DNA of 64,000 nucleotides from Octopus bimaculoides (Eukaryota): contig NC_068981.1 of the NCBI RefSeq assembly GCF_001194135.2, positions 172,719,524 to 172,783,523 of the forward strand, in the 5' to 3' direction. A program made the translations under genes and the position numbers. The notes beneath the pieces are model-generated. The model did not search any database, was not told the origin of the DNA, and was given only the letters and a program-made list of their open reading frames with translations. This document shows positions 49,001-62,508 of this stretch, in pieces (within the stretch, counting starts at the first letter, position 1; each line of letters begins with the position of its first letter).

Positions 49001-52000
49001 GCAGTCTTCCCTTTGATATTTAATACTAGATGTGGTGGCTTCCTTATGGTCTATTCCTCCGTAGCAGTTTACAATTTGTTTCCTAGCTAAATCTTTTTCT
49101 TTATTTTTCCTCCACTCAGGTGTTCTTTTATATATATGTATGTTTAGGGGTTTGAGTTTTAAGATCATTTGTTCATCTCAACATACATCTAAGTTCAATA
49201 ATTGGTTACCTTCAATTAAATTTGAGAAATAGCCAGTGCAATCCTACATTTCTTGTTTTATCTTCTCTACATGACATAGATTTCTTTTTGTAAAGGTGAC
49301 TATAATTTATTAATATGTTGCATTTAAATGGTACAGCTAACCTACCAATGTTCCCTAACTTTTTCTTACCTCCTTTTTGTTGCTTACCTGCATATTCATC
49401 AACTGATATAGTTTCTGTTTTGCTTCTTTATATATCTTCCAAATATCCTAGATGCTAAACTTTTCCAGGACTCTTTGACACTTGTTTAAATTATATGCTG
49501 TAACATTTAGAAAAATCACTTTGAATACTGTATTACAGTTGATTCCAAGTTATTAAAAACACTGTATGATAATGACAGTATTTTAGGCTTCCCATTTCAA
49601 CAGATTAGTATGGTTAAGTTTAAAGATATTTCATAAGTTAAAAAACTAACCACTGCATAAAATACCTACTGTCATATGAAGTATTTATGCCTGAAGGTTT
49701 TCAGTGCCTCACAGAAACTTCAGCAAACAATAACGTATATTCAAGTACTGGTGCTTCAATATACAGATAATGTAGTAGAACTAAAAGCTTGAGTGAGGTT
49801 GCGAAAGACAATGTTCAGCCCTTTTCATGCTGTTCTCAATAGTTTGTTTCAAATTTCTAATAACAACCGTCCATACTCATAAAAGCTTTTTTCTGCTCAT
49901 TAAATGTATTTCTTGATGTAGTATTTACACTTGGAGCAGTAAAACTATGGAAATTGTAGTTTGCCTATAAATACTCTTTATCCTTTCACCATCATATAAA
50001 GATATTTAATTTTTACAAGATTATTTCTCTTAGGCTAAAATATTTTCCATCTGCTGGACAGAAGAACCAGTTACTAGAAAAGATATATGAAATATGGCAG
50101 TATTTCTGCTTTTTTAACAACTTATTCTTCTAATAACTGCCCAAATTCAGTTGGTGTGTTCTAATTTTGCTGATTCTTCTACTTTTTTTTTCTTTTTTAG
50201 TTTCATTTATTAATTTTATTAGTTTTTCTTTTGATACAAATATCCTAGGAGCATCAATTTAAAAACTAAATCATTACAAAATTTACTCATATTACTTTGT
50301 CAATCTTCAGAGTTAAGTAATGTGAAGTACTCGGGTGCTTTTTATTAGCCAATCTTAATATTATTGTTTGATATGATTCATTAGATGCCTACCAACCTAC
50401 TTATATAATTCTTCACAATCTCATATTTCTCCAAAAGACAATAGGAACTTTTTTTTGAAGGCAACTTTATAAAATCTTATTTCTGGAAATGGTCTAGATT
50501 TTGCACTTATTCACTGAAAATTCAGTTACTGAGCACTATATAGACTATTTCATTTATACAGAAAATTTACTTGGAAGTGAATTAAAGCTGTCTAAACCAG
50601 AAAACTGTTTTTATTATAACATTTCTATACAACTCTGATGCTTCCTGAAGGATAATTTGATAGAAAGTTTTAAACTTTACACTTGCTAACATTGAAACTA
50701 AGGTTTGGAGCTGAAATAGCTACTTAAGCCCTTGCACATAAAGATTCACTTTCACTTTATTTGTATAAAGCGGGTTATTGGTTCATCCTGCCTCCTAGGC
50801 AAAACTCATTAAAATAGCCTCTAAGCTTCCAGCAGTAAAATATTAAAATTGTTTACTATTGTCTTCTAATATTCTACACTTTTTTCTACAAAAGAAGATA
50901 ACTTTAAATCAGCTTATTGATATAATCTGGTTTAAAGTTTTAAGTAAAAATTTCAGTGTTCATAAGATGATACACCATTCCTGTGGTTCTTACCTCAACA
51001 TTGATGACTTCTGTAAAAGTGTCAACTTATATCTGTAAGCATTCAATCATAATTCTGCCTGGTGTTGTATTATGTGATCATATATAATGAATGTACTACT
51101 GGTTGGGATAATCTCAGGGTTTCATATTTCCTGGGACTGTGGATTTCAAGATAATCCATACAAACAGAACATCCATTTGATTCCTTAAGTTAATGATCAC
51201 AGGATATAGTATGATACAATACACATTAATAAAACAACAGTAAAATTTTTTTATAGTATCTAATAGAATTTCAGTTAATCTTCTCTTCACTCTCCATTCA
51301 TAAAATCTCAGAAAAAAGAAACAAAGATTAATGCCAATCAGACATCCATATTATATCATTATTAGCATGCATTAAGAGCTAAAATTGCTTTGAAATAATA
51401 GCTTATATTAGGTGCTAAAGCTGCTTCATTATGACAGCAAACAAGGAGCTAAAGTTACTTCAAGATCATTGCTTCTATTCTCTCTCATATCAACATACTT
51501 CTACAGTTGGTTTATTCAATATTTAATTCTTAAAGATCTATCAAAAGAGCAATCCTTCTTCAAATCAATTAGCTAACTTAGCAGAGAGGATACTTCAATT
51601 CAATGCTCTCACTGCCACCAATTATTATACTTGTGTTTAATTGCTTGCATTAAGTCTTCAGAGAGAAGGAAGTCTCTCCTTCCTTATTCTCCTCACTTCT
51701 GATTTTTTTTTCTCGTTTTTCTTTCCTGTTTTCTCTTCCTTTTCTTCTCTTTATTTATTTTTTTCTGTACACATTATGGCCAGCCAAGCACATTTTCAGG
51801 TTACTATCTAACTGCTTAAAATAATTAAAAGCCTTTGCTAACTTTATAAAGAAGCTGACCTGAAAGTATAGTTCCTCCAGTGAATGGCCAAAATGTTGTG
51901 AAAAGTCTGTGTACTACAAAATGGTTCTTTGACAATATTGACTAGATGTTTAAATTGGCTTCATCTAAAGGAGCTAAGGATATATTGTCATATAAAACAT

Positions 52001-52903
52001 GTGACCAAGAGCTAATAGAGGATTGTATTTATCTTCAGTGAGCATATGACTGTGTGTATGTGTGTAAGCATTTGTGTGACAAATATGTATGTGTACTGTG
52101 TTCAAGATAATTACATGATTTGTTTATAAAACAATATTACATTTCCCTTGCACACTTTCCTCTATCATCGTTTTAGAATGGTTTGAATGAAACCTTGCTA
52201 TAAAACAATCCTTTTCGTGTTTCTTCACTTTTCTGAAATGGTAGCAATTTGGAGTAAACCAAGAAAAGTCTTTTGTTCAGACTATTTTCATATATAATTT
52301 AGAGCCTTTTTTTTCCTTTCCATTATTTATTTTGATATATTTTTTTTTCATTTTATATACATTATTTTTCTTTACTGTTCCCATGTCTATCTTCTCCTTC
52401 TCTCTCCTGGCTGCAGACACTTCATTACATTTGACTGCATTTATCATTATTGTTTCAAATGATGATGAAGTGGTCATTGACAAGTTTAGACAATACATTT
52501 ATGTATAAAGCAAAGAATATGAAATCTGATATATAATGTACATGTGAGCATGCATGTGCATACAAAGAGTGAAGATATTTTCTTTACCTCTCACTTCAAT
52601 AGGCAAGTGCTGCAACATTGAAACTACTAGGATACTTACTGTTTAGTTTATTTCCTCTTGGCAACCAATAAAAAAAATAATCATTAACCTGCCAAGGTCA
52701 ATTCTGCCTTCCCTCTTTCAGGGTCAGTAAAAAGTACCAGTCAAGTACTGGGGTTGATTTAAAATTGCTGGCCTTGTGCCAAAATTAGTAAGAATTATTA
52801 CTATTATTATTTATGTTCTAATTTCAAGCCCCACTGAGGTTAATGCACTCTCCTCAGAATTCCAGGCCTTGTACCTATGGTAGAAACAATATAAAATAAT
52901 CCC

Positions 52904-52944
<41 letters not shown>

Positions 52945-52945
<1 letters not shown>

Positions 52946-53150
52946 GGCAGCAAGCTGGTAGAATCTGAGATGCTTAGTGACATTTCTTCTGGCTCTTTAT
53001 GTTCTGAGTTCAAATGCTGCCAAGGTCAACTTTGCCTTTCATCTTTTCAAGGTTGATAAAATAAGTACTAGTTAAGCACTGGGGTCATTGTAATCAACTT
53101 ATTCATACTTCCCTAAAAATGCTGGCCTTGTACTTGCAGTAGGAAGGATC
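52945..53150 (+). mobile_element. SINE family B, diverged copy
   Basis: gagttcaaatgctgccaaggtcaactttgcctttcatc...aaataagtactagtt matches 28050-28130; flanked by (ATT)n. Confidence 0.7.
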
Positions 53151-56100
53151 ATTATTATTTGAGTACTTCATTTGATTAACCTCACAGTGCCAATATTCAA
53201 TAAGGAGGTGCATAGTTAATAGGTCTGATGTGGTTGCAGAATGACAGTCTGGTAGGGCTTGAACAATTAAGTTCCCTCCTTACCAAAAGTGGTGCATTCA
53301 CCAGAGGGGTTTTTTTTTTACACCTGAGCAACAGTATTCAAAATGATTAGTCAGTTTGAAAGCAGATGCCCTTCCTATCCTCATCATTATTATTTGTGCA
53401 CAATACCAAGAGGAATTACTGACTAAGGATTCTCAACAGAACCCAATCAGTTGACTGATTTGGCAGCAAAAATTACTTAAGTTATCTTACAACAGATACC
53501 TGGGGATTTTTAGAAGAATATATTACACACCAATAGCATACATACACTTCATACCAAGTTAGGCCACCAATGCTGACATTCAATCACCACCTGGAAATTT
53601 GCCATATAATTAGATGTGACAGTCTTAAGAGCTGCTCAAATGACTTTGTGATAATAATTTAAACCATAGTCTAGAAACTTCATTAGATGGTTCAAAGATT
53701 CTCTCCATGTAAGTATTATGTTGAATCTAATGGCTTTCTGGATCAACATTTTCATGATCAAATTCGATGTGGTCTATGATATTGATCCCAAGAAGGATAT
53801 CCTTAAACTGCCCTGTGGTGTTTATTGTAAAGAAAGGAATAACTATATCTCTCACCTTTGCAAACATTGAATGCACAATCAATCCTCTGGTGTGAAGAGT
53901 AAATAAAACTAAACCTTCCCTGAAAACGTCTGCCTTTAACTGATTTAAGTCAGCAAAGATTTTACAAGCAGTGAAATCCACATGCTATGTGGACAACTTG
54001 TCACAGTTTGTAAGTGGTTCTGATATCAACATGGCAGTAGTTCTGTTTTGGAAGAAATTCTCTTTAGTACTTATTCTGATCAACCAAAATATCTTTGTAT
54101 TAGATGGCACAACTGCAATTACAATGAATTACTGTTTGCATTTGTTGGCTGCTGCTCCAGCGGAACTTGACCTGTAAACATTAAGAATTGATGTAAATTG
54201 CCTCCATTGAAATGTTTGAACCATGAATCCCCCTCTCCCTCCTCCCCCTGCAAGAATCTCTATTAGAACATCATTTCTAAAGCTGAATGACTTCCTTCAT
54301 CTGCCTTTGATAGTAAAGATGTTGTCAGATAGTAAAGGCTTCATTGGTTTGGTCATCTGCAACACATGGGGGAAGAGAGGTGTTAACTAAAGGTGCTCAT
54401 TTGTACAGGAGACAGCCAAAGTCATGCTGGATTTTTTCTTTTCTTTTTTTGATGGGGTGACTGGCACAAGACTAAGAAAAATGAAGGAGGAAGTAGAGTA
54501 TACAACCATATCGACTTGATCTCAATGGCATCCACACCTCATGTATAGGGAACAATGGATGGAAAAAAACTGTGCAATTGTATTAGTGATAGTAGTAGTA
54601 GTAATAGTAGTAGTAGTAGTAGTAGTAGTTGTAGTAATATCAGAATGGTGAGCTCCATTGAGTAGTGGTAAACTCCTGCCAAGTTAAATCCACGTCCCAA
54701 TTTCAATTCCCAGCTGGAGCCATTTCACTTCACTTTCATCACTTATGCCCTTGGGAAAAGCATGACCATTACAACTTCCTATTTCCCCTTCTCCCCAAAC
54801 ATTTCAGGCTTCACATGTCTATGTAAGAAACATTATTAGAAGATTAGTATGGAATTGAATGATGTAAGCTGCTATTGGGTATAACTTTTTTTTTTATAAC
54901 ACAGAATCATGGTTCAAATTATTGTTTTTCATCTTTAAAGAGAAAACAATAATGACTTTAAATTGACCTGCATACTGACAGCTATATATGTATATTTACA
55001 TATAATCTTTACTAGCATTCAGTTCTAGTATATAAAGCAATATATGCTTTAATTTACTGACTAAATGTAATTCTATGTTTAGTTCTTGTTTCAAGAAAGA
55101 GACTTACAGTTATTTGTTACTTTCTTTTCCAATTTGGTTTTCCTTTTTTTTTCTTATTTTGTTTCCCTTTCTAATCTAAATCTGTTTTATAAATTTTAAT
55201 TCTTTAAGCAAAATCTATCATTATTAATTAACCATTCTGAAAGAACAGATAATGGTAGTTATAGTAATGATGGTGATGATGATAATAATTATATTAAGAT
55301 TGAAATAACATCTACAAGTTTTAAAAGGCCTAGAGGCTGCAGAATATTATTATTTTGCAATTGTTTTTTTGCTGAACATTTTCACAGATTTGTTTTCTTA
55401 GTGTAGCTCGTGATTAAAATTGTTTTTAAACCTTTATCAATTAATCCTGCCTAATTTACATTTTTATACTTTTTCTATTTTTCGTCTTTGCTCCAAAGAT
55501 ACCTGTTAGACATTATGTTCATCTCGATATATCTGTGTAATATAAATGTTCTAGAAAACACTCAGTACTTGCATTTCTGTCTATGTAGCAGTCTTGTATA
55601 CATGCCCATAGCATGATTCATGTGATTTTATCACTTGGTAAATTGGTCACTTACAGGGTGGGGTTTTTTTGGGTTTTTTATAAACCCATTTACAAAAATA
55701 TTCATTGTCACTTTGTTCACAAAAACCTGACAGCTGGTGTCTGCATCAATGCTAAGGTTTTCAAAAGAAAAATTATAATTGTGGAATGGGTTGTTTGTGA
55801 TAAGAAAAAAAAAAGTGAGAGAGAGAGAAAAGAAAAGAAAAAATTCTAAAACAAATTAATTGGTTAAATACAAATGCTTGAAATATAGTTGTTATGAATT
55901 TGTATGCTTTTTATTTTTTTTTTAATCATTATTTTTTCATACTTTTATTGAATTTGGAACTGATTTTTATAATAAAAGATTTTTATTTATGTATTTTTTT
56001 TAATTAAAAATTATTTTCCCGATTTCTGCAAAGTAAATTTAAGGAAAATACTAACATTTAACTGCTGTCTAAGTAGTCATACTTAATGTTCTTCTAATGT

Positions 56101-58965
56101 CATAATTTCTTACAATCATTTCAAAATAGATATTTATATGGAGAGAAGCTTATACAAGCTGAAGGGATCCAAGCCATACCTGGGATAGGCTTTGTTAGAC
56201 AGTTTGACAGCCTCAACTTGACCAAAAATTGCTGAGGTTGAGAAAGGGTCCTTTTATTTTATTCCCTTGATCATTTTTTTCTTTTTTCTTTTTTTTTTTT
56301 TTTTACGTTCATCATTTGCTAAAGCTAATGTGATGATGGAGACTCCTTTATTTTACAAAAGACGAAAGACTAAGAGGAAATCTGTGAAAGCCACCTTCTT
56401 CTTGAGCTCTATGGTAAATCCAGAGAATTGGGGTCCAGTGTTCTTTTTTAGCACTGGAAAAAAAAATGTTTTAAACAGCATGTGTATATCTGTATTGTAG
56501 CAGCTGTCCATGTCTGTTTTGGACACTGTTCCTGAAGGCTGTAGCGCCTTCAGTGTGATGTCTCAGTGATGGAGGTGCTCTCCAATAATTGTAACTTTAA
56601 CAATGGTGGCATTAATTTTTGACATGTAAAATGCAGTGATAAGCTTGCCTATTAAAATTTTCTTTCAACATGTACTCTGTGATGTCTGTTGCTTTCTTTT
56701 TTTTTCTTTTCCTCTCTCTCTCTCTCTCTCTCTCCCTTTCTCTGTTGATTATGTGAATTACAGGTGGAAAATTGGAGAAATCATTTGAACATCAGACAAA
56801 CTGTTTTGCAGTATTTGTTCCCATGTCTTTCTACATTATGAGTTCAAATCCCACCAAGGTCAACTTTACCACTTATTCTTCTAGGGTACTTGTTAGAGTG
56901 TTGGACAAAACACTTTGTGGTATTTGTTTTAACTTTTAAATATTATGAGTGTCAAAACAGGTATCAAACTTCTATCTGACAAGACAGTGCCTTATAAGAA
57001 TTACCTGGAGGAAGGCAACAAGAAACACCTTGGTATTCCTCAATGAAGTTACCAGGAATTGTCAACCTGATGGCACAAAGTAAGGTAGGATGTCAATTGC
57101 TGTTCAGTTGCAGGTCAACCCTAACTGAACAGACTTAAGATTAAAATCCTTCCAGCCATTTTAGAACTGTCTTTCTTTTTAAGTTATTCATATCTAAGAC
57201 TACATTATCCAAGCCTCTCCTGTCAAAACAGTACAGAAAGATTTGGGTGCTATATTTCAATTCAACAACCATGTAGAGGCTCACTTCTTTGGCTTGTATG
57301 TCATTTACTTTAATTGGAAGGTATACATATTCACGCTATATAGAGGTAGTGATGCAGATAAACACAATCAAGCTTGACATGTATATCAATATATAGTTTC
57401 ATACAGCTACATATATGCATGAAGATATATATATACATAGAGCATAAAAAATACAGAATGCTAAAAAGAGAATACAGAGTTTCTTAACTCGACAGCTGTT
57501 TCGGATTTACATAATGTGCAACCAGTAAATAGTCACACATGATAAATCTGCTTCGCTTTATCAAGAGAAAATTGGCAAAAGCTTTTGAACTTGGTCCCAT
57601 TTAACTCAACCCTTTCCCTGTCCAAAGCATTTTCATAACTTTGCCCCAAACATCCATACTTGTTCTCAGACATTTAGTTCTGAGTAATATAAAATTTGCC
57701 TTCCATAAGTCCTAAGTTACCCTGGTAACTTGGCACTTATGAAAGGCAACACAAAATTTGGGGAATGCGTATGATATACGATGCATGGATGCCAGGGAAA
57801 TATGTCCGTATATCATATGTGATACACAGGACAGACAAAAGGTTAATAAAGTTTATTCTAAATGTATGATGATCTCACTGCTGCTAGTTCCATGTAAAAA
57901 GCACCCACTACACTCTGTAAAGTGACTGATGTTGAGAAAGACTTGCCATAGAAAATAGGCATTAAATGATGATGTTTTCTATAGATTGGTCAACAATACC
58001 AAATTATATCAATAGATTTAATGGTAGTTATATCATCACTTATGATAAAATCTTTTAATCACCAGCTTATAGTCAAATTGAATAATGGCTGCAAATATAC
58101 GTGAGAAAGTGTGATCACTGCTGCAACTTATACAGGTCTGTGTAATATTACAGTCGGAACTAAATAGTATTTTACATCACTATTACTATACAGTATGCAC
58201 AACTACCTGTTCATTGTATCAATGAGTGACCAAGTATTATACTCTTGTGTAATTTTCAGGAAGAAACTGACAGAGCCAGATGTTTGAATTATAGGTACAG
58301 GCCTTTATTGGCTTCTAAATATTCCAAATAATAAAAAATTAATAAGTCTAAAGGCATAGACATGACTGTGTAGTTAAGAAGCTCACTTTACAGCTATGTG
58401 GTGTCGGGTTGGGCCTACCTGCATAACAATTCTTTTTTTACCATAACCTATGGCTGAACAATGCCATGTCAGTGGAATTTGATGGAAGAAAACTTTGCAG
58501 AAACCCATTGTATGCATGTGTGTATGTAGGAATTATTCTAATGAAAAGCACCGTGACTGGGATTCAAAGTTTTGCTGGCAGTGGGTTATCAGACCATTAG
58601 GTAGTTTGTGGCTAGAATAAGTATTAGATGGAGTGAAAGAGGTTATGGGGATGTAGCGAATAAGGGTTAAATGAGAGAGGAGTGGCAAATTGACACGTGC
58701 ACACAAGGATGTGTTGAAAGAGAAGGTATTATGCAGATAATATGTAAGTATGCAGACTGTCGAATGTGTAGATGCATGTGCACTCAGACACATATAGACA
58801 GGTGTGTGTTTAAAATTTACAATGAAAATAACAGAAGACAAAGTATAAGTATTACTTTAATGCTCAGTGAAAGATTAAGAAAGTAGAAATAGGAGAGTAT
58901 TGGAGTTTGCTTGAAGCATTGTGTATTGTGTGTAAAACCGATTATAGCAGTGACTCCATCTAAGA

Positions 58966-59002
58966 ATATCTGAAGAAGGAATTGTATTCCGAAATATCAT
59001 CT
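58966..59002 (+). ncRNA. Minimal hammerhead-like motif
   Basis: CTGAAGA (58970-58976), A, GGAAT(TGT)ATTCC, GAAA, TATC. Stem I is weak. Confidence 0.5.
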
Positions 59003-60329
59003 GACTATGGATAACTAAATTACAACAGGTATATCGTCCATTTTTTGTATTATAATGCATTGTTGTACCATTCAAAACTTTTTATTCTTTAAGAAAGTAG
59101 AAGTATTTTTAATGCTTTGAGCTTAAATACTTATTCAGAAAGCGAACTAGAAGAAAAATATGGGAATAACAGAAAAATAAATATTGTTCTGCTCAAATCA
59201 TGTTGGAAAATGCAGTTTTAATGACCATATGTGACCCAGAAGGATTGAGGTTTTTAATTCAAAGACAATAGAGGTGATTAATCAAAAATTATATATCTGT
59301 ATGTGTGCCTATTTTTATTGTGTGTTGTGCACTCAATACACATGGGATTGTATGTATGGGTCTATAGTCATGATGTGTATATATGTGAGTATGCCATTTA
59401 CACGTCTATGTTATTTAAGGTTGTACATGCACATTTTGATTGTAATTATGCTCGTGTGGAAGTGATGTGAGGATGTAAGTCAAACTGTGTATGTATGTGC
59501 TTACACAGTATGTGTATGTGCTTACACAGTATGTGTATGGACTTTTATTGAATGTGTGTTTGGTTGTATTAGGGTGCATACAGGTTTGAATATGCTTGTA
59601 TACATGAGGGTAGGGAGGAGGATGTGTGCATTAAAAAATTGTAGTGGTTGAGTTCATTAGGAATGAATGTTTGAAAAGTGAAAAGGAATTCCTGGTTGTA
59701 TTAGTGACCAGAGCCTGGAGAATTATGTAGGGTTCCACTGAACACAAGAGATACCAAAGAGGGGATTGATTTACAGAGCAGAAATGACATGAATCAGAGA
59801 AGCCATTACATGTATTTGTATACATGCATACTCAAAGACATGTACACACACACACACACCAGAAAATATCCATTAAAAATATCAAAGGACAAATACAAAG
59901 AAACATGTAAATAAAATTAGGTATGTATGCCTGGAACTGGGGCATGAGTAGAAGGTTGAGGGTGGGAACCATTGAAATTTAAATTCAAGGTATGTTCTAA
60001 AGAAGCAATGATTAGATAAGTGAGGGAATGAGGTTACCTAAATACAAGAACTGAGATTTAGAAGAAAGGAGAGGAAAACAAATTTTCCAAAAATTTGGGA
60101 AGATTCATTGCAAGAGGAAAAGTGAAAGTAATATGAAAATTTAAACATGAGAAGGGAGAAGAAGGAAGAATATCAAAATATTGTAAAATTTGAGACGTCA
60201 CTGTGTCTTTAGTTATCTCATATTCTTATTCTTTCACTCTCTGCATTTGTTCGAAGTGTTTTTGAATTGTACCTTGGTATATAAAATAATGATATGTATA
60301 GTCAAAAGCACTATTTCAGTACAAAAATG

Positions 60330-60856
60330 AAAAAAATTGTGAAATACCCCGCACTAGCTTAAAAACCTCACTCCATGCGGACTTTTAAGCTAGCTCCTGC
60401 AGAGGGCGAATTGGGCCTCCAGCTCAAAACTAGAGAGAGCTAAATAGCATGACTATAATACGTCTATAATGACTATATGCCCTGGTGATGTTTGATCAGA
60501 GGTTAAGGACAGATGAGAATTAATTCTGTAATGCAGTCCTAAGTTGAATACCAACTGTTGGACAATTTGTCCCAAAGTTCTTATCTCAAACGTAAACACA
60601 GATTTCATTTATCTCCCCCTTGATCTCTGACAAATGCCAATGAAGATGGCATAAATCAGCCAAGCTTTACTTGCTAGAAATAGCAACCCGAATCAGATCC
60701 CAATGCTGGATGTTCAAGAACTAAATGAAGGGCAGATTTTCAATCCTGGGATCATAACGATTCCAAAAAGGTATAATATGTCTATGTAGAGCAAATGTAA
60801 ACTGAGATACAGGGATCCCAGACGGACAGACAGAATTTCACCTCTTTTAATATAGA
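60330..60856 (+). mobile_element. Possible Helentron-associated (DINE-1/HINE-like) non-autonomous element
   Basis: The 3' end gacggacagacaga-atttcacctc-ttttaatatagat resembles HINE termini (GACA/GACG microsatellite followed by a subterminal TTTTAATATAGAT). The 5' boundary is uncertain. Confidence 0.35.
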
Positions 60857-60889
60857 TATGTGTATACATTTATCTATGTCTGTCTATCT

Positions 60890-61145
60890 ATTTGAAATCA
60901 GAAATGTGATTAGGAAGCAAACTTTTCACCTCACAGCCATGCGACCGCGTGTGTATCGTTGGCGATTTTCTTTCTCCATCTTCCCTTCTTTGGACTTTTT
61001 CTGTATTTCTGATGAAGAGCTCTGCTCGAAACATGAAATCCTCCTTCTTTTCTTTCCTTTCCTGAGCATCCAATAACACTGTACTTATTCCATGTCCTCG
61101 CATTGTTGTTTTTTTGTGTTTTTTCTTGCTTGTTCATGTTTGGAT
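60890..61145 (+). mobile_element. Interspersed repeat carrying a degenerate hammerhead motif (61005-61039), probably PLE-derived
   Basis: ATTT-CTGATGA-A-GAGC(TCT)GCTC-GAAA-CATG-AAAT. The 3' part (about 61050-61140) has an inverted homologue at 16423-16515. Confidence 0.55.
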
Positions 61146-61277
61146 TGACTATATGCTGCATGCTCACACGGACCCCAGCCTTCTGACTGACTTTGGAGAT
61201 ACCAATTCCTGGATATACCAGTTCCTTTGAAGATACCAGTTCCTGTTCATTTGGAATCTTGATTAGAAATCATCATC

Positions 61278-61312
<35 letters not shown>

Positions 61313-61369
61313 TAGAGAGAGATTGAGAGAGAGAGAAAGAGGGAGGGAGAGATAGTGTACATATATATA

Positions 61370-62508
61370 TTGGGTCATCCCATAAATAATGCGGTTTTTT
61401 TCAATTGCATGAACTAAAAATCAGAGTGGGGCAGGATAAACTACCTGCATCAACATGCTATAAAAGCAGATAGTAATTTTACCTTGTCCTTATTCTTAGT
61501 GCAAGTTTTGAAGAGTGCAGTTCGATTTTAACAGTTATTTTTTCAAAGCTATAATGGAAGTTACAAAGGAGCATATTCAGCATATTTTGCTTTATGAGTT
61601 CAAGAAAGACAAAAACGCAATGGAAAGTGTGAGGAATATTAATGCAGTATATGGGGATTAGACAATAAGCGTAAACCAGTGTCAACGGTCATTCCAGAAA
61701 TTCTGAGCTGAAAACTACAGCCTAGAAGATGAGTCTCATCCTGGAAGATCTGTAGAGCTAGATGAGGACATCCTGCAAACCCTAACTGTTGAGGAACTAG
61801 CAGAGAAGCTTGTATTTGGTCATTCAACCATTCATTGACACCTATGTGCCATTGGAAAAGTCAGCAAATTGGATCAATGGGTTCCTCACAGACTTTCTGA
61901 GTCTAATCGCACACAGAGAGCGAATGTGTGCTCTTCTATGCTGTCACATCTCACAAATGAACCTTTTTTGGACTGAATAGCGACTGGTAACGAGAAATGA
62001 GCTCTCTATAAAAATGTCAAGTGCTGAAGACAGTGAGTAGGGAAAGGAGAAACACTGGCACCCCAGGCTAAAGAAGGTCATCACCCACATAAAGTGTTGT
62101 TATCTGTTTGGTGGGATATGAAAGGTTTAGTCCACTTTGAACTTTTAAACCCAAATCAAACAATAACAAAGGAGATCTACTGCAAGCAGCTTGAGTAGTT
62201 TAAGTCAGTGGTTGAAGAAAAATGACCATCTTTGGTTTCAAGACGAAAGGTGTTTTTCCATCGGGATAATGCTTGGCCACATACAGCAAGGATGACATTC
62301 CAAAGGCTGGAGCAGTTTGAATGGGAAACGATGCCCCACCCACCATATTTGCTGGACATTATCCCATCTGATTATCATTTATTCCGCAGTTTTCAAAATC
62401 ATTTGGACAGAAAAAATATGACAAGGTCAGAATGGTATTTTTCATCATGGACAAGTCAATTTTGGAAGAGGGGGCCTTGCAAGTCTACCAGATAGATGGA
62501 AGAGCATA
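61370..62508 (+). mobile_element. Mariner (D,D34D) transposon relic, 5' TIR present, 3' end missing
   Basis: TA-ttgggtcatcccataaataatgcgg terminus. ATG at 61553 (MEVTKEHIQHILLYEF), WVPH, TGNEK (first D mutated), HRDNAWPH...DIIPSDYHLF with 34 residues between the aspartates. Many stops and frameshifts. Confidence 0.92.

Noticed and set aside
53727-54330. Long, nearly open minus-strand frame (84-aa ORF DFTACKIFADLNQL...)
   Set aside because: No recognisable domain. The + strand shows a LINE-like RLHWFGHLQHM motif near 54335-54370, so this is more likely the antisense shadow of a decayed LINE. A BLASTx search would settle it.
44149-56000. Very long 3' UTR ending near AATAAA at 55971
   Set aside because: AATAAA is frequent in this AT-rich DNA and the interval contains decayed repeats. 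It cannot be supported without transcript data.
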